Assembly (NCBI GenBank): GCA_041537945.1
Contig: JBGOEK010000002.1
Location: forward strand, 136,807-200,806
Direction of reading: 5' to 3'
Length of the DNA stretch: 64,000 nt
Source of the DNA: Candidatus Thermosaccharophagus yellowstonensis
GTDB lineage: Bacteria > Armatimonadota > Fervidibacteria > Fervidibacterales > Thermosaccharophagaceae
The notes beneath the pieces were generated by a model. That model saw only the letters and a program-made list of their open reading frames with translations. It did no database searches and was not told the DNA's origin. Both the position numbers and the translations under genes were made by a program. This document shows positions 58,167 through 64,000 of this stretch, piece by piece. Each line of letters starts with the position of its first letter. Positions within the stretch are counted from its first letter, which is position 1.

Positions 58167-59294
58167 ATGCCCATCAACAGCGGTAATCAGTGGATTAGTT
58201 TCGCTGCTTTGACGCTTATCGGCTTGCCTCTGATTTCAATTTCAGCCTTTAGTCGTGATGGTGTCGGGGGTATTTCTGTTGATGCAGCGTTTTACAGACC
58301 TGACCGAGGCACTACCTTCGCTTGGTTTGAGATGGCGAAAGGAATTGAAAACTTCCATCGGGAGCACTATCGCGCTGGTGGCTTGGTGGAGGTTTACCTG
58401 CGGAACGACGGGAAAGAACCTGTAAGCGTTGAGCGGATTTTCGTGAACGGGAAGGATGTGACTGAGCCAGAGAAGGGTGGTGATGTCGTTTGGTGGCGTT
58501 TGAGACCGAACCCAATCCCTGCCGAAGGGTTCGGTGAGTTGTTGATTCGGTTGAGGGAAGCGCCAAAAGAACCCATCGCCCTTGAAGTTCAAACCAGCAC
58601 CAAAGAAACATTGCGCCTGAAAATTCAACCTGCGCTAACTCCCATCCGAATGGAAGGTCTGGCTTTTGACGAAAAAGGCGAGCGAATTTTCGCTTTCGTT
58701 GAGTTGGTCGGTGAAGGGAAGCAAAGGATAACGAGGGTCTGGCTTGACGGCGAGGATGTCACCAAGCAAACACTTATCCTATCGCCGAACTTTTGGTTCA
58801 ATGTCTGCCCAATCGTCGTCCGCTCTCCCAAAAGGCTTACCTTCGGCAGTTTTCACTACTTGCGCGTTGACACCGATAAAGGCACGAAAGCAGCGGTTTT
58901 GTTTCGCGCCCGCGACGACTTTTTCCCTTTGGGCTCTTACGGCTATGTCACGCCGAAAGAGTATGCTTCCAACAACTGCAACCTTTATGTTTGCTTCGGC
59001 GCGATGAGAACCCATGAACTGGATGCTTTGAAAAGTTATGGCTTGAAAGGAGTTTCGGCACTGGTCGGCGAAGGGGAGCCGAGGAAGGAAACGATGGGCC
59101 ACAAAGCCCTTTGGGCATACTACCTGATGGACGAACCTGATGTCGGCGATTACTATGTTGAGGGTCTGTCCCACGAGAAACGAGTCAGCTCTAATGCGAT
59201 GGCGATGGTGAAGCGCGATTGGCGATGCTATACTGCCGACCCGTCAGTTTTGACCTTCCTTACCGTTGACCTGACCTACAAACCTGCCAACTGA
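58167..59294 (+). CDS. secreted hypothetical protein, 5' part of a frame interrupted by TGA 59292..59294
   Basis: Signal-like N-terminus. The ORF ends ...LTYKPAN-TGA. The same frame continues without further stops into 59361..60548. Confidence 0.6.
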   Translation: MPINSGNQWISFAALTLIGLPLISISAFSRDGVGGISVDAAFYRPDRGTTFAWFEMAKGIENFHREHYRAGGLVEVYLRNDGKEPVSVERIFVNGKDVTEPEKGGDVVWWRLRPNPIPAEGFGELLIRLREAPKEPIALEVQTSTKETLRLKIQPALTPIRMEGLAFDEKGERIFAFVELVGEGKQRITRVWLDGEDVTKQTLILSPNFWFNVCPIVVRSPKRLTFGSFHYLRVDTDKGTKAAVLFRARDDFFPLGSYGYVTPKEYASNNCNLYVCFGAMRTHELDALKSYGLKGVSALVGEGEPRKETMGHKALWAYYLMDEPDVGDYYVEGLSHEKRVSSNAMAMVKRDWRCYTADPSVLTFLTVDLTYKPAN

Positions 59295-59360
59295 TTCACT
59301 TACGGTCGCATCCCCGATGTTCTTAACACCGACCCATACGCACTTCATATCGGTTGGGAG

Positions 59361-60548
59361 ATGAGGAGCGTCTTTGAAGTTGCTGAGACAGCCCGTCTCG
59401 CTTGTGCCCCGAACATGATGACCATCACTTACCAAGCCTTCTTCCACGAACCCGTCGGCAAGCAGCATGAGGGCAAGTTTCCGAGAATGCCCTTCCCTGA
59501 AGAAGTGCGGGCTATGATGCACTACGCATTGGCGGGAGGTGCGAAAGGACTTATCGCCTACATTCACTGCACGGAAAGGAGCGGCGATATCATCTCTTGG
59601 GGCGCTCAAGACTACCCTGATGTCTGGTTTGAGATCGGGCGAGTTTATCGTGAGTTGGAACTCGTTGCTCCTGTTCTGTCTCGGTCTCATCCGATGGACA
59701 TTGCGAAATCGTTAACGCAAGGGATATTCGTGAGGGCGCTTGTCGCACCTGATGCTATCGCCATCGTTTGCGTTAATGAGCGCATCAAATCGCTGCCTGA
59801 AAAGTTTGTCAGCGCCACTTTAACCGACGCCGAAATTGAAGTTTCGCTCCCACCTTGGTTGGCGGTGAAGGTTGCCGCAGTGGTTGGAGAAGGCAAGTTC
59901 GTTGCATTGCCCGTAAAGTTGACCGATAGAGAAGTTCGCATCAAGTTGCCTGAGTTGAAAGTTGCCAACATCATCCTGCTGGCTTCTGACCGTGAACTCT
60001 TGAAGCAACTCAGCGATCGCTACGAACGGCTACAATTGTCAAGGTCATCGGCTTTTCTTGCCGGCATCCGAAAGGAGCAGGAACAACAAGCGAGGCGTTT
60101 CGGGCTTGTGCGGAAGATTCCCGCAATCTTTCGGGAATATGCCGTCGCATCTGAGGCTCAAGGCTGTTACGGTGTGGAGCGAAAGTCAATGTGGAATCCG
60201 AGCAAGGAGAAGTGGAACGCTTGGGAGTGGTATGACCCTGAAGGCAAGGGCGAACACTCGGTGACTTGGCAAGCGAAGGTGACTGAACCGGGCGATTTCG
60301 TCCTTTACATCTGTGCCAACTTCTTCGGCAACGAGATGAACCTGCTCGTCCTTGACGAAAGAGGGCAGTTGAAAGGCAAATCTTTAATCCGAGCGGATGT
60401 GGAAGATGTTTATGCTTTAAGGCTTCGTTTTGAAGCGCCGGGCAATTACAAACTCGTCATTACCCCGCCAGACGGGAAAGGTGGGATGGGAGTCGTTGCA
60501 AAGTTCGCCTTTCTCGTGCCATCGGATGAACGAACGGAAGAGAAGTGA
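59361..60548 (+). CDS. hypothetical protein, 3' part of the same interrupted frame
   Basis: In frame with 58167..59294 (both coordinates are 0 mod 3). The 66 nt between them translate as FTYGRIPDVLNTDPYALHIGWE with no stop, and no SD precedes ATG 59361. Confidence 0.55.
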   Translation: MRSVFEVAETARLACAPNMMTITYQAFFHEPVGKQHEGKFPRMPFPEEVRAMMHYALAGGAKGLIAYIHCTERSGDIISWGAQDYPDVWFEIGRVYRELELVAPVLSRSHPMDIAKSLTQGIFVRALVAPDAIAIVCVNERIKSLPEKFVSATLTDAEIEVSLPPWLAVKVAAVVGEGKFVALPVKLTDREVRIKLPELKVANIILLASDRELLKQLSDRYERLQLSRSSAFLAGIRKEQEQQARRFGLVRKIPAIFREYAVASEAQGCYGVERKSMWNPSKEKWNAWEWYDPEGKGEHSVTWQAKVTEPGDFVLYICANFFGNEMNLLVLDERGQLKGKSLIRADVEDVYALRLRFEAPGNYKLVITPPDGKGGMGVVAKFAFLVPSDERTEEK

Positions 60549-60583
60549 GTGGCGAGTTTGAGGCGAAGGAGGCTTGAAAAGCC

Positions 60584-63376
60584 TTGAGGCAAACCAAACC
60601 GTTAGAGATTTGCGTCATCGTCCTGCTGTTTATGTTTTTCTTCGCAACGGCTTTTGCTTCGCCTTTCAATCTTGCCGATGGGCTTTGCTTTTACTTGCCT
60701 TTTGATGGCGATGCCAATGCTTTGGTGGCAAAGGGCAACCCGACGGAGATGGCGGAAGGGATTGATGCCGTTTTCGTGGAAGGCAAAGTCGGCAAAGCAG
60801 TTCATTGCGGTGAGGGCGGAAAGCATCGCTATCTTTCTTATCTGACCGTTTCACCTAACTTCGCTCCTAACATTCGCCCTGAGGCAGGCACATTAACTTT
60901 TTGGGTCAGACCCGACTGGGACGGCAATGAACCCGTTGAGCGCTACCGACATTTCCTTTCCATTCGCAGCGGTCTCTTTTACCTTTACTGGCATCGCGGT
61001 GGGCTTGTCTTCTCGTCCACGAGGCGGAAGATGGCTCGCCACCTTTATGCGCCCAGCATCAGCATAAAGCATTGGCGCAAAGGCGAATGGCATCACATCG
61101 CCATCTCTTGGCAAGTTACCGACCCGAAAGAGCGAAAGGGTTTCAAGCGTTTGTATGTTGATGGGCAAAAAGTTGCTGAGGTGAGCGATGTCCTTTTGGA
61201 CTTTGAACTGACGGGAGCGCTCATCGTCGGTGGCATTGACGGTGAGTTGCAACGGATTGCTGATGCTGCCATTGACGAACTCGCCATCTGGGAACAAACC
61301 TTGACGGACGAAGAAATTCAGCAGGTTTGGAAGTTGGGCGATGAGGGAACGGCTCTTTCCCAATTGCCCGCCGTCCGAAAGTTGGCTCAACAAACTCGGC
61401 AACGAGTTCAATTCGCTATCCCGCCACAAAAAGGGAACTTGCTTGCCAACTCAAGTTTTGAAGTCGGAAGCCTTCACCCTTGGCGGGCATCCAACATGAC
61501 TTTGAAGCCCGACGAAACCGAGAAGGTTCACGGCAATCGTTCGGCTCGCTTCGTCGTTCGTGGGCGAACGATTTTGACCTGCGGTTTGTTTGTCGCACGA
61601 CCGCAAGTGGCTCACACCCTTAGCCTTTGGCTCAAAGCCGAAAGAGATGGCGTTCGTGTTCGCTTCAGCGTGAACAGCGCTTATGTCGCAGGAACTCAAC
61701 CTTACGCACCAATCTTTCGTGGCATTGAAGGGCAAGGGATTTTGACGACCGATTGGCAACGCTACACCGTGACGGGCATCCTGCCACCGTCGCCCAACGG
61801 CTTTTATTTCGTCCGTGCTGTCTTTGAAGCCGACAAACCGACAACCGTTTGGGTTGATGCGGTGCAACTTGAAGAGGGCGAAAAGGCAACGCCGTTCAAA
61901 TTACGACGAGATTTAGAAGCAGGGTTGGCGACCGACAAACTTTTCAACTTGTTCCATCCCGACGAACCCGTCAATGTGAGATTGGAGGTTTTCAGCGAAA
62001 GAAAGCAACAACGAACCCTGCAAATCGTCGTCCACGATATTTGGGAGCACAAAGTTTTGAGCCGTCAGGTCAGGGCGCAATTGAAAGTGGGCTTGACAGT
62101 TTTGCCACTTTCCTTCCGACTTCCACTTGGTTCATTTCGCATCGCCGTCGCCGACGAAGATGGCAAAGTGATGGATGAGTTGGTGGTGGCTGTTCTGCCA
62201 CGCTTTGAAAGACTTGATGAGCGGATGGGCATTCATGTCGGAGCGGATGAAATGGGAGTGATGTTGGCGAGGGTTTTGGGATGCGGTTGGGTTCGGTTGC
62301 TGGATGCCTGTGGTGTGACCCATTGGGATGTCGTTGAGCCTGAAAAAGGCAAGTGGGCATGGGAGCGAACGAACTGGTTGGACGAAGCCGTTGAGACTTA
62401 CCGAAGTGCTGGCTTGAAAATTTTGGGTTTGCTTTTTCGCACACCCCTTTGGGCTTCCAGCGGAGACAGCGTGAACCATCCGCCAAAAGATTTGGATGCT
62501 TGGCGAACTTATGTCCGCTCGGTTGCCCAGCGTTTTAAGGGTCGCATCGACGCTTACGAGGTCTGGAACGAACCCTATGGATTGGGCTTGTTCGCTGGCA
62601 AGGAAGAACTTTACCTGCAAATGACACGCATCGCCTTTGAGGAACTGCGAAAGGTTGACCCGCAAGTTAAGGTAGTAGCGCCTTGCACTTATTGGTCGCT
62701 GGATGACATCGTTCGCTGGACTGAAGGGTTGCTGCAAATAGGGCTGCTCAAGTTCGTTGATGTCTTCTCCTTTCACGGCTATGAGGGCTATCGCCCAACC
62801 GATTTTGAACGGGTAAAGCAGTGGAGTGGATTTGACGGAAAGCAACGACCAATCTGGAACACGGAGCAAGGGCTTGTGTCGGAAAGTTTCTACCGATTTT
62901 TGCCCGACGCTTACGACGACCCTTACACCCGCTGGATTGCCACCAAACCTTTTTCGGCAAGAGAAGCAGCATCGTCTATGGTCAAAGCCTTCGTTTCCAC
63001 GCTGATGTTGGGCGAAGACGCAAAGTTCTTCCAGTATTGGGCTGTGCCTGAAGACACGATGTTGCCGAGGCTAAAGAGCATGTCGCTTTTGGAGTTTGAC
63101 AACACTTTGCGACCGAAAGCGGTTGCTTTTGCGATTGCAGGTTGGTTGCTCAGGGACAGCAAGCCTTTGGGTTTTGAACGGCGCAACGGGCTTTGGCTTT
63201 TGCATTTCATCAAAGCCAATCAACGCATCACCGTCGCATGGAGTGATGAAGGGACGCAAACTTTGACTTTGCCCGACGGCGCTGAAGTTTTGACGATGAT
63301 GGGCAACGCTATCAAGTTCGCAGGTGGCAAAATCGCCGTCGGCGTTGAACCTGTTTTCGTTCGGCAACGAAGGTAG
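60584..63376 (+). CDS. 930-aa secreted LamG + CBM4/9-like + clan GH-A glycoside hydrolase
   Basis: Signal peptide ICVIVLLFMFFFATAFA. LamG_3 pattern (FYLPFDGDANA...GKVGKAVHCGE...LTFWVRPDW...HIAISW...LYVDGQKVAEV...DELAIWEQTLTDEEI). NLLANSSFEVGSLHPW is CBM4_9-like. Catalytic motifs YEVWNEPYG and IWNTEQG. Confidence 0.8.
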   Translation: MRQTKPLEICVIVLLFMFFFATAFASPFNLADGLCFYLPFDGDANALVAKGNPTEMAEGIDAVFVEGKVGKAVHCGEGGKHRYLSYLTVSPNFAPNIRPEAGTLTFWVRPDWDGNEPVERYRHFLSIRSGLFYLYWHRGGLVFSSTRRKMARHLYAPSISIKHWRKGEWHHIAISWQVTDPKERKGFKRLYVDGQKVAEVSDVLLDFELTGALIVGGIDGELQRIADAAIDELAIWEQTLTDEEIQQVWKLGDEGTALSQLPAVRKLAQQTRQRVQFAIPPQKGNLLANSSFEVGSLHPWRASNMTLKPDETEKVHGNRSARFVVRGRTILTCGLFVARPQVAHTLSLWLKAERDGVRVRFSVNSAYVAGTQPYAPIFRGIEGQGILTTDWQRYTVTGILPPSPNGFYFVRAVFEADKPTTVWVDAVQLEEGEKATPFKLRRDLEAGLATDKLFNLFHPDEPVNVRLEVFSERKQQRTLQIVVHDIWEHKVLSRQVRAQLKVGLTVLPLSFRLPLGSFRIAVADEDGKVMDELVVAVLPRFERLDERMGIHVGADEMGVMLARVLGCGWVRLLDACGVTHWDVVEPEKGKWAWERTNWLDEAVETYRSAGLKILGLLFRTPLWASSGDSVNHPPKDLDAWRTYVRSVAQRFKGRIDAYEVWNEPYGLGLFAGKEELYLQMTRIAFEELRKVDPQVKVVAPCTYWSLDDIVRWTEGLLQIGLLKFVDVFSFHGYEGYRPTDFERVKQWSGFDGKQRPIWNTEQGLVSESFYRFLPDAYDDPYTRWIATKPFSAREAASSMVKAFVSTLMLGEDAKFFQYWAVPEDTMLPRLKSMSLLEFDNTLRPKAVAFAIAGWLLRDSKPLGFERRNGLWLLHFIKANQRITVAWSDEGTQTLTLPDGAEVLTMMGNAIKFAGGKIAVGVEPVFVRQRR

Positions 63377-63389
63377 GTGGAAAAGGGCA

Positions 63390-63938
63390 ATGAAACGGCT
63401 TAGGGCTGTTTGGATGCTGATGGCGCTTGCGATGGAGGGGCAGAATGTGAGTGGGCAGTTGCTTTTCGTCAGCCAAACGCCTGACGATTTTAAGCGTTGG
63501 TTCGTTTGGGACACAGTGCCCGACCGTCCCGGTCTGGTTCTCCGCTTTGATGTCGCCACTTATATTGGCAAGCCCGTCTGTTCCGTTGAAGACAATTCCG
63601 TCAGCCACGACCCAAGATTTGTCTCACCGACCTTCCAAATCCCGCAAGACCGATGGCTTCGCATTACAGCGACAGTCGCCAGCGACAACCCACATCACTT
63701 CTTCACGCTGGCTTTTGAGTATCAACAGCGAGAAGGCGATCGGGTTGTCGCCAGAGTTTCCTTTCCTTTCACTGTTTTTGCTTCCGACCGATGGCGGACA
63801 GCGAGTTTGCTCGTTCCACCCGCTTCCGTCGTCGCACCCAAAGCCAATTACAACCAAGCCCAGTTGATTGTCCGTCCCGTCCTTTACGGTCAATTGACTT
63901 CAGTTGGTGGAAAACTGGAAGAGCGAAGTTTTTGCTGA
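63390..63938 (+). CDS. secreted hypothetical protein
   Basis: ATG 63390 follows AGGTAGGTGG. Signal-like MKRLRAVWMLMALAM. The rest is beta-rich (CBM-like?). The longer track ORF start overlaps the previous gene. Confidence 0.5.
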   Translation: MKRLRAVWMLMALAMEGQNVSGQLLFVSQTPDDFKRWFVWDTVPDRPGLVLRFDVATYIGKPVCSVEDNSVSHDPRFVSPTFQIPQDRWLRITATVASDNPHHFFTLAFEYQQREGDRVVARVSFPFTVFASDRWRTASLLVPPASVVAPKANYNQAQLIVRPVLYGQLTSVGGKLEERSFC

Positions 63939-64000
63939 GCCAAACATTCGGTGGAGGTGAAAAAGCGATGGCTTGGCGGGTTTGCTCCCACAAGTGACGC

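Noticed and set aside
59292-59294. Selenocysteine insertion at the in-frame TGA
   Set aside because: I could find no convincing SECIS-like hairpin in the 40 nt or so downstream, there is no redox-type Cys context, and Trp fits the local sequence (ANWF).
1-64000. Search by eye for tRNA T-loop (GGTTCGAATCC-like), rRNA, CRISPR repeat arrays, IS inverted repeats, integrase or transposase genes, and reverse transcriptase or toxin-antitoxin pairs
   Set aside because: Nothing recognisable was found. This is a visual scan only; tRNAscan-SE, Infernal and ISfinder searches would be needed to be sure.

Overview
This 64-kb chromosomal window holds about 55 protein-coding genes and one riboswitch. I recognised no rRNA, tRNA, CRISPR array, transposase or integrase.

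Positions 1-51,040 are a dense housekeeping backbone: parB, a lytic transglycosylase, an NSS transporter, tsaB/tsaE, uvrA, a ThiS-like carrier with a TtuA-type tRNA thiolase, rsmI, an RsmB/F-type methyltransferase, GH15, ftsK, a MoaD-MoaE fusion, GuaB3-guaA-hpt, rho, a ccmAB-like pair, priA and def-fmt. Mixed in are envelope genes (GT4, GT39, YfhO) and four paralogous prepilin-type H-X9-DG (DUF1559) pseudopilin genes.

From about 51,050 to the right edge, codon usage changes visibly. The content switches to a co-directional cluster of very large secreted LamG / CBM / clan GH-A-like glycan-active proteins. One of them is split by a single in-frame TGA.

The DUF1559 expansion, GuaB3, a bS22-like micro-ORF and backbone codon usage rich in AGR/ATA/GAG/AAG suggest a thermophilic Armatimonadota- or PVC-like organism. 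This is inference only.

The most interesting observation is a textbook cobalamin riboswitch on the minus strand (about 1550-1355). Its first downstream gene is a pseudopilin rather than a transporter. A btuF-like binding protein follows immediately and runs off the window. This makes the pseudopilin a candidate pilin-like component of corrinoid uptake.

Other points:
- paralogous promoter plus purine-rich leader modules and 101-nt identical coding blocks among the pseudopilin genes
- three plausible micro-ORFs below the 60-aa track cutoff: an NSS small subunit, a bS22-like protein and a 58-aa TM protein
- a ThiS-like carrier with a 7-residue tail after its Gly-Gly
- a decayed, stop-riddled segment at 53.3-54.2 kb
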